The notes under the pieces were generated by a model. That model did not search any database and had not been told where the DNA came from. It saw only the letters and a program-made list of their open reading frames with translations. From IMG/VR virus record IMGVR_UViG_3300008262_003210: a stretch of 64,000 nt of DNA; one strand, written 5' to 3'. A program made the position numbers and the translations under genes. Source of the stretch: a virus. Taxonomy: Duplodnaviria; Caudoviricetes. Below are positions 1-10,665 of the stretch, piece after piece (the stretch's first letter is position 1; the number at the start of each line of letters is the position of its first letter).

Positions 1-1681
1 CCTTATTGCCAAACGTTACTCCGTTCTGGTCAAATATATCAAACAACGGAGGTTGATTAACGTTATTCTTTTGTTGAGCAACCAGCCATTGAGATCCGTC
101 AAACCAATACCACGATCCTTGATTAAACACTCCTTCTTTAATCAACACACTATCAAATACAGTTGGCGTTGATTCTTCTGTAAGATGTATTTGTCTAACA
201 CCATCTAATATTAGAAAGTCAACTTTAAAAATTTTATTTTTTACTCTTATATCGGTATCAGCTGCAAACAAAATTCTCTGACCTTGTGCTACATCAATAC
301 CATCAATATTATAACCTAATTGACCTTCAATTTTTGAAAAAACATCAGTTGTATAAGTATCAATTAAATCAACATCGCTTACTGATTTAATACCAAAATT
401 AAACAGTTTCAAATTTGGTTCAAATTCAATAATGGGTCGAACTGCTCGATAAGTTTGATCTATATCTGCAATTTTTCCATTATATCTAGCACTGGCTTCG
501 ATTGTATCTTTGTGGAACCAACGGTTATATCTGCTCCAGGGATTACTGTCCTTACTACTTCTATTAATAACAATATAATCTTTTTTTCCTGCGTAAGTAG
601 TAGCATCACCAAAAGGCAAGTTATCAAACGGGTCTGCATCAAATAATACAGACTCCCTTGTTGTATAATTTCCTATAATTTCTAAAGAAGACTCTGCAAT
701 TAATTCTATAGATTCTCCAACACCCTCAACATAATAATTTCCAACTTTATAATGCTCTGGAATAATATTTCCAACAAAGGATAATTTCATGCCGTTGCTT
801 AATGAAGTTCCGTCAGGCAATGTGTAAGTTTTTTTACCTAATAAATCTGTTTCAAGGTTAAATGTTGTATTTTCATCTATTGATAAAATTTGAAAAACAC
901 CACCTAAGTTTACATCTGCTTCACTTACATAATAAATTATGTCTGGCGAATTCATTGGAACGAAAAACTCAATCACACCTACTTCAACAGCATTACCTGT
1001 AATTTCTGGTATGTCATATCTGTATGTTTCGCCATCAATTCTTTTAGTTTTAATACTAAAAGGATTACCAGGACTATTAATTTCAAAACGATATGTCTGA
1101 CCTCTATACAACTGAATACTTGGATTTTGTATTAAACCGTTTGGATAAAATACATAAGTGTTATTATCAGCTTCAGCTTTAATTTCAACTTTGTAAGTGC
1201 TAACAATGCTTTCTTGTGCGCCAACAATTTTGATAGGATCAGGGCCATACGGTAGCCAGAAATATTGCTGAAAATTTACAAATTTATCCCAATTGATATG
1301 AGGATCCCAGCTGTAAAATTCTTGTTGATTTACCCTAGAATGATTTTTAACATTGCCGCCAAAAACATTTATTTGATTAATATAATCTTGGTAGTCTTTA
1401 AAAAATGTTGTATTTTCTAATTCATCTTTGATAATTAATCCTGGCTCAAGCTGATAATTTTGACGAACAGAATCTGCGGCTTGAACAAAAATGTCTTCGC
1501 CTGTTGTTGATTTACTATTTTGTCTTCCTACATAACCATTAACTTTTTTTACAGTACCTGGTTGTATTAATTGGTCAACTGTGGCTTGCAGAAACTTTTT
1601 ATTTGAATCTGTTCTATAATATCTTGGAAGTAGTTCTGAACTAGATACTTTTCCGCCTGTAGGATTAATTTTATCCGCCAT
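1..1681 (-). CDS. Large baseplate/structural protein, 5' part only (runs off the left window edge); possibly gp7-like by position
   Basis: Not in the ORF track. ATG at 1681 overlaps the end of the gp6-like gene. I translated the first ~150 codons (MADKINPTGGKVSSSELLPRYYRTDSNKKFLQATVDQLIQPG...YSWDPHINWDKFVNFQQYFWLPYGP) and the last ~19 codons (NQPPLFDIFDQNGVTFGNK) in the same frame without stops. It follows gp25-gp6. Confidence 0.8.
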   Translation of the reverse strand, partial: MADKINPTGGKVSSSELLPRYYRTDSNKKFLQATVDQLIQPGTVKKVNGYVGRQNSKSTTGEDIFVQAADSVRQNYQLEPGLIIKDELENTTFFKDYQDYINQINVFGGNVKNHSRVNQQEFYSWDPHINWDKFVNFQQYFWLPYGPDPIKIVGAQESIVSTYKVEIKAEADNNTYVFYPNGLIQNPSIQLYRGQTYRFEINSPGNPFSIKTKRIDGETYRYDIPEITGNAVEVGVIEFFVPMNSPDIIYYVSEADVNLGGVFQILSIDENTTFNLETDLLGKKTYTLPDGTSLSNGMKLSFVGNIIPEHYKVGNYYVEGVGESIELIAESSLEIIGNYTTRESVLFDADPFDNLPFGDATTYAGKKDYIVINRSSKDSNPWSRYNRWFHKDTIEASARYNGKIADIDQTYRAVRPIIEFEPNLKLFNFGIKSVSDVDLIDTYTTDVFSKIEGQLGYNIDGIDVAQGQRILFAADTDIRVKNKIFKVDFLILDGVRQIHLTEESTPTVFDSVLIKEGVFNQGSWYWFDGSQWLVAQQKNNVNQPPLFDIFDQNGVTFGNK

Positions 1682-4600
1682 TGTTTGCTCCGTATGAAGA
1701 ACTTGATATAGTCTGTTGAGAAGTTGTGTTTGATGTTGATGTGGTTCCAGCTACAGATTTAATCGATGAACTAGTTATTCCGTAGATAATTTCAACATCA
1801 TCAACTGTTGCGCCGTTAACAAATAGCTCGTCACCAGAAGATTTTATTTCAAACAAACTTCCAAATCCAAGTCCGCTAAGTCTTGGAACTATAACAAAAC
1901 TTGAAATATCTGGAGATAACTGAGTCATTACATAAGCAGATAGTTCTGTGAAATAAAACGTATCACCAAAGTCCCAATTTTCTAAAGCAAAAAATTCTTC
2001 TATTGCTGATACAATTCTTGTTTTAATATCATTATCAGACACTACTCTGTTAGAATTTTTGATAACTTTAAAACTTGCCTGTACATCTGGACTTGCTGAT
2101 TGTCCAAATAAAACTTTATAATTTGCTGGATGATATACTATCTCGTCGCTGATTGTTTTGATAAGGTTTAAGTTTGAAGAAATTAAATCATATAACTCAT
2201 TTGAACTCGGTGGCAGTGGTCGAGTATCTATTGCACCACTTAGCCATTGTCTAAATCTTATGTCAAAACTTTTTGTTAGTAAGTAAACATCTATAATATT
2301 ACTTGCGCCTGGATCAATCCTGCTGTCGTAATCTGCATTATGAATATATTGAAATTTTAAATTATCTCTGCCAAGATAAACTTTATAATCTAAAGTAGGA
2401 ACATACGGATCTGGTAATTTATCGTTGTACTTGAAAAGAGCATTAATATCAATAAAATAAAAATACTGCCCTGTTTTTCGTTCGTTTACAGATACAAAAT
2501 TTTTACTAGCTTTTATAAGAACAAGTTGATTAGAATTGTCAATATATCGATAGTCTTCTTGACCTTGACTTATTGAATATTTTTCTTGAACAATATATTT
2601 TTTCTGTAGTATTAACGAATCAGTTTCTCCGATAACTGGAGGTTCTACGATATTTAAAAATAACTCAGGATCGTCTACAACGCCATTGTCATCTGAATCT
2701 GCAAAAGAAACAATTAACTTTTTAGTATCAACATACCCATCAATGCCAATGTATTCTTTTTCTATATCCCATGCTTGATCGTATGTAAAAGCCGATGTGC
2801 TATCAGGTTTAGTATTAACACTTAAAATGTTAATCAAATCTTTTACTACTGCATTTGTCTTACTATCATATATCTTATTGCTAGATTCAAAATAGAATCT
2901 AGTTTGAGTATCGCTTTCAAAAATATATCGTTGGCAGCGTGATATAACAGTATAGAATTCATTATCCGTTGTGAACAATAGTAACCAACTAGCATCTTGT
3001 CTTAAGTTAGTTTGGTCGCCTTGTTTACCCAAGCTAAACACATTCTTTGTATCTAAGTTTAATTCAAATACAATTTTCCATTGTTGGGTCACAGCATCAT
3101 ATCTTAAACCAAATGGTTTATTTGAATAAATTAAATCTATCATAGTGCTGATTGTATCAGAATCAATCACTGTTCTCCATTTTGGAATAATCAACGATAA
3201 TTGTGGATTTACACCTGAGCCGGTTGTCAAAGAAGGAATAGTTCTATTCAGTGTCACAGGCCCAAATCCAGTGGACAATACACCGGTACCGTCTCCTGTG
3301 CCGTCATTAACTACATTTACTACTTCTGCCCATAATTCTGTTGTGCCGCCTTTTACAGTCGATGCTCCGTAGACTAATTTATTATTGTTTAATGTATCAA
3401 AATACCAACCAGCAGGAGCAGTAAATTTTATCAAGGCGCCTGCTTTAATATATTTTAAATCGGTTGAAGTAAAACTACCTACTTTGTAAATTGCATTTCC
3501 TGCGCCGGCGCTAAAATATCCTGTAGATAACCCTGTGTCACTTGTAACATTGGTCCAAATAGTGTCTAGGCCTTCTACGTAATTTAAAAATTTTTCATAG
3601 TAAAAGTTTCTTAAATCAACATTTTTTAAAATATCATTTATACTGTTATAGATAATACCTTCAATGTCTGTCTTATTAGTATAAGAAAATCTAAACGAAT
3701 TTTGAAATTCTTCTTTATAAATTACTCCGTCATCAGAAAATAGAGTTGTCGAACTGTATTTTCCTGTTGGGTCTGAAAGATCAAAATATCTACTAATGCC
3801 GCTACTGGTTCTGTTAATTGCTTTTATTTTAGCTATTTGAGTACTAGCAGATAACGGACTAATGTTGTAGTCTTCTCCAGTAATCATACGATTTTGTGTA
3901 TAGTATGTTTGAGGAGCGTTTGCTTTAATATCGTCGCTGGTTTCAGGAATTGCAGCATTAGACACGCTGCTGGCCAAATTCATTGATATTGTTAAATTTT
4001 CTTGCTGACCTGCATTAGAAATATACGGAAAAGAGATGCTTACATTTCTAATGTCTTGTGTATTAATTGTATAACTCAATGCGTTGCTTACACGATAATA
4101 GGTTCTAAAAGTTCCTAGAGGTAAGTCGCCAAATGTGCCATCACTAAATTGCAAACTAATTGCATCGTTAGTTCTAGTTATAACTGAAAAAATTGTTCTT
4201 ATATTTTTATTAATACTATTATAGATAATGTTGTTAGCTTCAAAATTTGAAACACTAGTCCAGAGTGCAGATTCTTTACCTTCAGTATCTAGTTGATACA
4301 ACCATACATCATCATTATTAATATTTTGACTGTCAATATCAACCGATTGATTGTTGCTTGGTTGAGTAATTGTAAAACTTCCTGTATTAAGTGTTCCTTG
4401 TACAAACCTCAAGAAAAAACCAGACCCTGGACTGCCTGTTCCGCGGCCGTCATCTTTGTAAATGCAACTTAGTTTATTTCCTAGTTTAGGAGTTTCTTCG
4501 TAGATGTAAGAACGCCCTTTAAATGTTGTACTAACAACTTCAAAATCCATGTTCCTGCCAGCTACTATTTTACTAAAACCAAATACTGGTAGCCCTGTTG

Positions 4601-5177
4601 TGTTATTTTGAAAAATATATTGATCAACTGGTGTTCCGTAGATGATATCACTGGCAGCTGGATTTCCAAACTGTTGTGTCTTAGGAAATGCAGCATTTAT
4701 AACTTTAATAAATTGGTCATACCAGTTAGCATTACTGGCATCATTCCAGTTAATTATTTGTCCTGATAAATTTCGTCCTGTGCTATCTGAAACGTTTTCA
4801 GTTGTTGAAACACTTGAAAACTTTAACAATCCGCTGGCAGCGACATTACGTTTAGCGTTATAAGATAATAGTCTAGCTAGACGCAATACGCTTTCACGAC
4901 GTTCTGCTAACTCTAAAAAATTGTCACGAGCATTTAAGTCAACACGGAAAGCTATGCTTTGGCCTAAGAACGCAATAAGGTCAATTAGGGCAAGGTATTC
5001 GCTAGACTCAATGTAATCATTATAATCTTCAGGATAATTTTGACGAATGTAATCAATCATTGTCCTGCGAAGATTTTCAAAATCGTAACTTTGGAAGTCG
5101 GCGTTTTTGAAGGATTGGTATATTTTTTTCCAATCTTCTGATATTAAAAGTTTATTTTGTCTAGCAGTAACCGTCAT
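1671..5177 (-). CDS. gp6: Baseplate wedge subunit, T4 gp6-like (enlarged, 1168 aa)
   Basis: N-terminus DFQSYDFENLRRTMIDY...LIDLIAFLGQSIAFRVDLNARDNFLELAERRESVLRLARLLSYNAKR and internal QNRMITGEDY are typical of gp6/baseplate-J. Directly downstream of gp25. Confidence 0.85.
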   Translation of the reverse strand: MTVTARQNKLLISEDWKKIYQSFKNADFQSYDFENLRRTMIDYIRQNYPEDYNDYIESSEYLALIDLIAFLGQSIAFRVDLNARDNFLELAERRESVLRLARLLSYNAKRNVAASGLLKFSSVSTTENVSDSTGRNLSGQIINWNDASNANWYDQFIKVINAAFPKTQQFGNPAASDIIYGTPVDQYIFQNNTTGLPVFGFSKIVAGRNMDFEVVSTTFKGRSYIYEETPKLGNKLSCIYKDDGRGTGSPGSGFFLRFVQGTLNTGSFTITQPSNNQSVDIDSQNINNDDVWLYQLDTEGKESALWTSVSNFEANNIIYNSINKNIRTIFSVITRTNDAISLQFSDGTFGDLPLGTFRTYYRVSNALSYTINTQDIRNVSISFPYISNAGQQENLTISMNLASSVSNAAIPETSDDIKANAPQTYYTQNRMITGEDYNISPLSASTQIAKIKAINRTSSGISRYFDLSDPTGKYSSTTLFSDDGVIYKEEFQNSFRFSYTNKTDIEGIIYNSINDILKNVDLRNFYYEKFLNYVEGLDTIWTNVTSDTGLSTGYFSAGAGNAIYKVGSFTSTDLKYIKAGALIKFTAPAGWYFDTLNNNKLVYGASTVKGGTTELWAEVVNVVNDGTGDGTGVLSTGFGPVTLNRTIPSLTTGSGVNPQLSLIIPKWRTVIDSDTISTMIDLIYSNKPFGLRYDAVTQQWKIVFELNLDTKNVFSLGKQGDQTNLRQDASWLLLFTTDNEFYTVISRCQRYIFESDTQTRFYFESSNKIYDSKTNAVVKDLINILSVNTKPDSTSAFTYDQAWDIEKEYIGIDGYVDTKKLIVSFADSDDNGVVDDPELFLNIVEPPVIGETDSLILQKKYIVQEKYSISQGQEDYRYIDNSNQLVLIKASKNFVSVNERKTGQYFYFIDINALFKYNDKLPDPYVPTLDYKVYLGRDNLKFQYIHNADYDSRIDPGASNIIDVYLLTKSFDIRFRQWLSGAIDTRPLPPSSNELYDLISSNLNLIKTISDEIVYHPANYKVLFGQSASPDVQASFKVIKNSNRVVSDNDIKTRIVSAIEEFFALENWDFGDTFYFTELSAYVMTQLSPDISSFVIVPRLSGLGFGSLFEIKSSGDELFVNGATVDDVEIIYGITSSSIKSVAGTTSTSNTTSQQTISSSSYGANNGG

Positions 5178-5195
5178 GATTTATCCTAATAACAG

Positions 5196-5203
5196 TATTT
5201 ATC
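5196..5203 (-). promoter_or_regulatory. T4-type late promoter box (GATAAATA) upstream of gp6-like gene
   Basis: Minus strand reads GATAAATA in the 47-nt gap, 18 nt before the ATG at 5177. Confidence 0.6.
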
Positions 5204-5224
5204 GATAAAAATAATATGCGTACT

Positions 5225-5668
5225 TTATCCTAACAATAGTCCGTTGGCTTGATCAAATCTCAATTGCATTGACTGACTAATATTGTAGGGCAGATAAGTT
5301 AATACACATTCTAATTGTATACCTGTTTCATATTGTCTAACAGACACTTCGCTTGCACTTATTCTAGGATCATAGTTTATAATTGTGTTTACATTTTCAA
5401 CTATTAAATCTTTAAGCTGGTCTGTCAACGGTTCAAATAACAAATCCCAAATAATAGTTCCAAATGCAGGGTTCATTAATCGTTCGCCCTGTCTAGTATG
5501 AAAATGATTTAACAAATCCTGTTGGATTAGCTGAAAATCATATAAAGCAAAATTTTCAGTTTCTTGACTAACTGTACTGAAACCTTTGTAAGTTTTAGGG
5601 GCTATAAGGTCGTTTCGTTGATTTGGTGATAAAACAATTTTATTGTATAATTTTGAGTTTTCGCTCAT
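5225..5668 (-). CDS. gp25: Baseplate wedge protein gp25-like (GPW/gp25 family)
   Basis: IQQDLLNHFHTRQGERLMNPAFGTIIWDLLFEP...IINYDPRI matches the gp25 signature; 147 aa. Confidence 0.9.
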   Translation of the reverse strand: MSENSKLYNKIVLSPNQRNDLIAPKTYKGFSTVSQETENFALYDFQLIQQDLLNHFHTRQGERLMNPAFGTIIWDLLFEPLTDQLKDLIVENVNTIINYDPRISASEVSVRQYETGIQLECVLTYLPYNISQSMQLRFDQANGLLLG

Positions 5669-7143
5669 TATGGTCCCCTTTGCTCACTACGTCCTGGCGG
5701 CAAGATTTTTTCAAATGTATCTGTTTTTGTTGTATATTCTTGATATGCTTTGGGAGTAGCAATTGATTTTGTAGTTTCTCTATCAGTATTTTTAAAAGAT
5801 ACTGGATCTAAATTTTCATGATGTGGCCATGGCTCGTGCTGTGGAACACGCATCATTATTGATTCTAAGTCGTGAATACCTTCCTTGTTTGGAACTGTAC
5901 AAACTTCTATCTTTTTTGTTTTTTCAGCAACTTCAGAACTGTTCATATAAATTTTTCCAGCAGTTTCTAAATGAGTTGTTCCGCTATTGATATGTGATGT
6001 TGTTCCGCTTGTAATTTTAGTATCTTTACCAGCTAGTGTTTCAATTTCAGAATCAGCTTCTACATGAATATTATTTTTTGCTTTTACATTAAAATTTCTG
6101 CCTGCTTCTAAATTAATATCTCTATCTGCTTTAATGTTTAAATCTTTTTCAGTATGAATACTGATGCTGTCTTCTGCGTAGATATCAATTTTGCCGTTAC
6201 TAGTTAGTTCTATCCAAGTTGTACCTCGAGCATTGCCAATGTAAATTAAATCTTCACTGTTGTGCATTAAAATTTGATGACCGGTTCTAGTACGAATGCG
6301 AACTAATTCATTGTGTAAAACTTTTCTCAAGCCAGTAGTTTCAAGATTTTCTAAAGAAGAATATTCAGGCGGACCTTCGCTGGCTAATGTTTTTCTTATA
6401 AACTTATCGTCTCCGTCGTCCATGACAAAAGTTGTACCGCCAAGTCTGCTTACTGGGACTTGTTCTGCCTGTCTACCTACAACTCCTATTTTTTGTGTAG
6501 GACCATTTTTGTCTAACGGTCCTGGAGTGCTAATGCCAAATACGCTACTTGGTATTTCTCTTCTTGCACTGGATGTAGTGATTCCTCGTATGTCGTCTTT
6601 TAATAATCCTTGTTCTGTTAACACATCTGTAAATATATGTTTAGGTTTTAAAATTTTTGTAGTATCACTTTTTGTACCATCATTTACTTTTCTATTGTAC
6701 TCAGTTACAGGAACTCGGCCACTACCATCTACTGTAAATTTTGTAGCAGCTAATCCTGGAACTGAAAAATTCATACCTTCATCTGGTACACATCCTATCC
6801 AATAGGCGTATTTAGGATCGTCTTGTACAAAAATTACAATTACAGTTGTGCCTACGTCAGGCGGAACAAACCACATTCCGTAACTTTTTTGTGTGTTAGG
6901 ATAATCGTCTGACTGTGTAACACCGTCATACGGTGTTGACCCATAAAACGGACTCATAAACTTTGCTTGAAATGTTTGTCCTCTTGCAATAGTATTGCCG
7001 TATGATCTATGTAATCGTACTTCAAGAATTCCCATACTGGTTTTATCTTGATGTCCTACTACTTCAGCTAAAAATATACCTTCTTTAGGTCTATTGACAC
7101 CTGCTGGGATTGTATCAAAGTTATTTGGATTTTTTGTATACAT
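5668..7143 (-). CDS. gp5: Baseplate central spike, gp5/VgrG-like (OB-fold plus short beta-helix, no lysozyme domain recognised)
   Basis: AEVVGHQDKTSMGILEVRL...YGMWFVPPDVGTTVIVIF...YWIGCV is a gp5 OB-fold pattern; RIRTRTGHQILMHNSEDLIYI and repeated S/N-I-x-I strands; upstream of gp25. Confidence 0.7.
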   Translation of the reverse strand: MYTKNPNNFDTIPAGVNRPKEGIFLAEVVGHQDKTSMGILEVRLHRSYGNTIARGQTFQAKFMSPFYGSTPYDGVTQSDDYPNTQKSYGMWFVPPDVGTTVIVIFVQDDPKYAYWIGCVPDEGMNFSVPGLAATKFTVDGSGRVPVTEYNRKVNDGTKSDTTKILKPKHIFTDVLTEQGLLKDDIRGITTSSARREIPSSVFGISTPGPLDKNGPTQKIGVVGRQAEQVPVSRLGGTTFVMDDGDDKFIRKTLASEGPPEYSSLENLETTGLRKVLHNELVRIRTRTGHQILMHNSEDLIYIGNARGTTWIELTSNGKIDIYAEDSISIHTEKDLNIKADRDINLEAGRNFNVKAKNNIHVEADSEIETLAGKDTKITSGTTSHINSGTTHLETAGKIYMNSSEVAEKTKKIEVCTVPNKEGIHDLESIMMRVPQHEPWPHHENLDPVSFKNTDRETTKSIATPKAYQEYTTKTDTFEKILPPGRSEQRGP

Positions 7144-9329
7144 TATGATGTGCCGCCTTGACCGCTATTTGGAGGATTGTTAGAATTAATAGTACTTTCT
7201 TTTTTAGCAATAGTTTTATATTCTTGGCCGCCTCTTCTAAATCCTTCAAGAACTTGTCTAAATTCACCGTTCCTAAAAAAGTTCTTTACAAGAGTGACAC
7301 AATAAGCACCTGTAAATCCAATTGCAGGTCCTGCCTTTGGATCCTTTGACATGTCCATGTGATTAGGTCCTGCAAAGTTATACAAGCCAGTGGTTTGATT
7401 AATATCAACAGGCGTTCTAAAATTTACAACAACATCAACTTGGCTTGTTTGCCAACTAACTGAGCCATCTTGATGTAAATCTTTAAATCCTGTCACAGGC
7501 TGTGCAACATAATTGCCCATGCCGCTAGTAGCAAACCAATAAGGATCACCCATTATTTCCATATCTAACATAACCATATCATAAGGATTAGTAATTGCTT
7601 CGTGAAAAGTTTTTGCTAGACGAGTAAAGGCAGTTTCTGCTGCATTTCCTCCAGGTTGATCCATTGAATTATTTGTAGCATCTTCTCTAGACTGTTGTCG
7701 TTGAGCTGATTTATCGTCGCCCGATGGTGCGGCACCGTCAGGTTTGAATGCTACCACTGCTTTTGGTGCAGAGCCTTGTTGATTGGCTTGCGGAGTTGTA
7801 TCGCCTGTAGTTTCAGACTTGGCTCTAGTAACGCCAATAGAATTTAAAAAAGAATCGCTAGCATAATTGTTTGAAAATCCTACGTTGTAATCAATATTAA
7901 ATTTTATAATTTCAGTATTTTTTCCTGTAAAAATATAATCGTAGCGTTTAATTGCTCTTGCTTTAAGTAAATCTATACCATCTACGTTAGTACCTGAACC
8001 TGCGGCTTTGCTAAGATGTACCTTGAACGGTACTACTCTATAAACAGCAATCTTTGGCATCTTACCGGTATCGGCATAATTTTCTTTTGTTTCTATATAA
8101 TATATTTGTGTATCTATGCGCCACCATGTTACTAGTCCGTTTTCAGCTTGCGCCAATGCCTTTTTTGGGTAATCGCTTGCTATAATGATTTGATTAATGA
8201 CTGAAGGAATATCCATTTGCTGATTAAATTTAAATGTTCCTTCGCTCCAGTTAGGTATTAATTTTCCCCTAAGCCATATTTTTAATTGCGGATCCCACGT
8301 GTCTATTGCATCTGCTGGGGATTGATCCGATTTTCGTTCAGGATTGAATCCTAAGCTACTGGTCCCAATGTCATTAACATCTCCAGCGGCTTGTGTCAAG
8401 GTATCAACTGTTACACCTAATTTTTTTAAAATTTCTGCTGAAGGGCCAGCTTGAGGATTGATTACAACAGTATTTGTTGATTCGTCTGCCCTATTAACTT
8501 GTGCAAACGCCTTACTGTCAGCTATGTCTTTTGGAAAAACGATAACAATCTGGTCTGCAATTTTTTTAGTGCCGGTGTCAACTGCTTCGTACAATTTTGC
8601 ATTAACAACATTTTGAAGACTTTCTGCTCCAATTTGCAAAACTTCTTGGACTGTTTTTCCTTTAATACTTAGATCGGTTCTTAATGATGCAAATTCGTTT
8701 GTCAGAGCAAGGCCGTTAGTTGCATAAGCATTAATCATATACCGTGTTCCTTGCTCTGACGAACTCATCTGAATTGTTGCAAAACGAACAGGAATAAATC
8801 GTGTAGAAAAAGGAACTTTTTTCATTAATCCCTTTTCAGTGTTTCCTCTAAATTCAACACTTAAAAGAAAGGGTGCATCTCGCCAGTTTTCATACCCAGC
8901 TTTGTTAGCAGCTGCTTGTAGAGAATTAATGAATAATCCTATGCTGTAAGGCTCGTACACGTCAAATTGAATTGTTGCAACAGATGTTGTTTTGGGACTT
9001 GTATGACCTAGATAAGTTTCAAATGTTAAATTGTTAATAAAAAAATCTTGTTTTCCAAAATTTGGAGTTTGAATTCTATTAATAGGGTCCGCAAATGCAG
9101 ATTTACAAATTATTGGAAGAACTCTACCTTGTAGATAGGATTGATCTGGAAAATTAAGTTCAGTAACTGTTAGTGGATGTAACGCTATTACATACGTATA
9201 ACTAGCATAGTTTGATAAAATATTAGGAGCCGGAACACTTATACCTGCAGGGATTGATCCAAAACTATTACCTAAAGAACCAGCTGTTTGAACAAGATTA
9301 GTTGTGGCACCTATTACATCAATTCCCAT
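7143..9329 (-). CDS. Putative baseplate hub protein (gp27-like by position)
   Basis: 728 aa between the gp53-like and gp5-like genes; LDMEIMGDPYW and GAYCVTLVKNFFRNGEFRQVL resemble hub/late-control-D C-terminal strands. Mainly a positional inference. Confidence 0.5.
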   Translation of the reverse strand: MGIDVIGATTNLVQTAGSLGNSFGSIPAGISVPAPNILSNYASYTYVIALHPLTVTELNFPDQSYLQGRVLPIICKSAFADPINRIQTPNFGKQDFFINNLTFETYLGHTSPKTTSVATIQFDVYEPYSIGLFINSLQAAANKAGYENWRDAPFLLSVEFRGNTEKGLMKKVPFSTRFIPVRFATIQMSSSEQGTRYMINAYATNGLALTNEFASLRTDLSIKGKTVQEVLQIGAESLQNVVNAKLYEAVDTGTKKIADQIVIVFPKDIADSKAFAQVNRADESTNTVVINPQAGPSAEILKKLGVTVDTLTQAAGDVNDIGTSSLGFNPERKSDQSPADAIDTWDPQLKIWLRGKLIPNWSEGTFKFNQQMDIPSVINQIIIASDYPKKALAQAENGLVTWWRIDTQIYYIETKENYADTGKMPKIAVYRVVPFKVHLSKAAGSGTNVDGIDLLKARAIKRYDYIFTGKNTEIIKFNIDYNVGFSNNYASDSFLNSIGVTRAKSETTGDTTPQANQQGSAPKAVVAFKPDGAAPSGDDKSAQRQQSREDATNNSMDQPGGNAAETAFTRLAKTFHEAITNPYDMVMLDMEIMGDPYWFATSGMGNYVAQPVTGFKDLHQDGSVSWQTSQVDVVVNFRTPVDINQTTGLYNFAGPNHMDMSKDPKAGPAIGFTGAYCVTLVKNFFRNGEFRQVLEGFRRGGQEYKTIAKKESTINSNNPPNSGQGGTS

Positions 9330-9330
9330 A

Positions 9331-9630
9331 TTATACTCCTAAAACTGTTCGGAGACCGCTTGACTTAGGAATATAAATTTTCTTGCCAGGAATAAAATCA
9401 AATATAGGATCTTCTAAGACATCCATATTACGTTGTACAAACACCCACCAAAGTTGTGCATCTCCATAAAGGTCAAATGCCAACAAGTCTGGTCTATACA
9501 TATATTGACTTTCTATTGTGTAAAGGAAATCGTCTGGTTCTGCGCTAACTGGCCTGACCTTTAAGACGTCAAGATAGTTTTGTTTGATTTCAGTGGTGTT
9601 CCAAGGACTTAAAATACTATACTGAGCCAT
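9331..9630 (-). CDS. gp53: Baseplate wedge protein gp53/LysM-like
   Basis: YMYRPDLLAFDLYGDAQLWWVFVQRN...GKKIYIP is the gp53/tail-X LysM-like motif. Confidence 0.75.
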   Translation of the reverse strand: MAQYSILSPWNTTEIKQNYLDVLKVRPVSAEPDDFLYTIESQYMYRPDLLAFDLYGDAQLWWVFVQRNMDVLEDPIFDFIPGKKIYIPKSSGLRTVLGV

Positions 9631-9632
9631 GA

Positions 9633-10634
9633 TTAAACGTACCCGAATGAACTATTTAAATAGGAACCTGTGACAAACCTGTCAAGGCTGAACTTGCGAA
9701 TACTTGTTCTGCTGTACATTGGTATCAATGAAACTGTAAATTCACTTTTTGTTGGCACATAAGCCTTGCCGCCACTAGTAGTTCCACCAATTCCAAATGA
9801 ACCAAGTAAGCCAGCGACTTGGCCAACACCGCCAGCAATGGCACTAAAGTTGCTAGCCGCGGATGCAATACCAGGAATAGCTCCACCTAATGAATCTGCT
9901 AGGCCGCCTACTGCATCTGCTGTTCCTGCAAAATTTCCTGCGGCACTACCAACAACATTACATGGTATATAATCTACATCATTAGGCAGTGAAAGACTAA
10001 AATTTTGTATAGCTACTGGTACATTTTTAAAAACATAATTTCCGTAACCATTTAGAAAAACAATCGGGGGCGGGTTTCCCGCTTTTGGATCAAAACCTGT
10101 AAACATTTTTGACACAGAACGTAAATAATGAAGAGCTGCAATCCAATATAGTGCTTGTCCGGCGTCTTCTACTGCCATCGTTGCTGTAATTTCAATAGTG
10201 CCTGGGTCACTACTCTTGTAAGCATTTACTGGATAGTTTGAATGTACTATTGGCTCTGCGGAATATTTTGCGTTACCTTTAATTTGAATTTTAGGAGTAA
10301 ACGGAAACACTAGCCCACCTGCATCTTTAAGTGGTTTTAACACTGGACTAGATCTAAAACTAGTCCAATTTGGGAGACTTAACCTGACACGCCAATCGTT
10401 CGCAAACGGATCACCTTGGAACGCGGTAATTGCACTAACTAAATCGCCAATTGCTTCACCGCCTGCTGGCAAGTTTATAGCTCGCAGGGCACCGCCAACT
10501 CCGGATGCGCTATCTAAACTGGATAACGCAGAACTAATAGCAGATACAGTATTAACTGCCTGTGCCGCGGCACCGAATACTGCTGCGCCAGCAGTAACCT
10601 TATTCACAAAACTATTACCAGATGTAAAAGCCAT
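9633..10634 (-). CDS. Tail-tube initiator / baseplate cap, gp48/gp54-like tube fold
   Basis: GGLVFPFTPKIQI...GNPPPIVFLNGYGNYVFKNVPVAIQNFSLSLPNDVDYI is typical of tube-fold baseplate proteins; first gene of the baseplate operon. Confidence 0.6.
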   Translation of the reverse strand: MAFTSGNSFVNKVTAGAAVFGAAAQAVNTVSAISSALSSLDSASGVGGALRAINLPAGGEAIGDLVSAITAFQGDPFANDWRVRLSLPNWTSFRSSPVLKPLKDAGGLVFPFTPKIQIKGNAKYSAEPIVHSNYPVNAYKSSDPGTIEITATMAVEDAGQALYWIAALHYLRSVSKMFTGFDPKAGNPPPIVFLNGYGNYVFKNVPVAIQNFSLSLPNDVDYIPCNVVGSAAGNFAGTADAVGGLADSLGGAIPGIASAASNFSAIAGGVGQVAGLLGSFGIGGTTSGGKAYVPTKSEFTVSLIPMYSRTSIRKFSLDRFVTGSYLNSSFGYV

Positions 10635-10657
10635 ATATATTTTCCCTTTTGGTAATA

Positions 10658-10665
10658 TATTTATT
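10658..10665 (-). promoter_or_regulatory. Late promoter box (AATAAATA) for the baseplate operon
   Basis: Minus strand AATAAATA, 23 nt upstream of the ATG at 10634. Confidence 0.6.
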
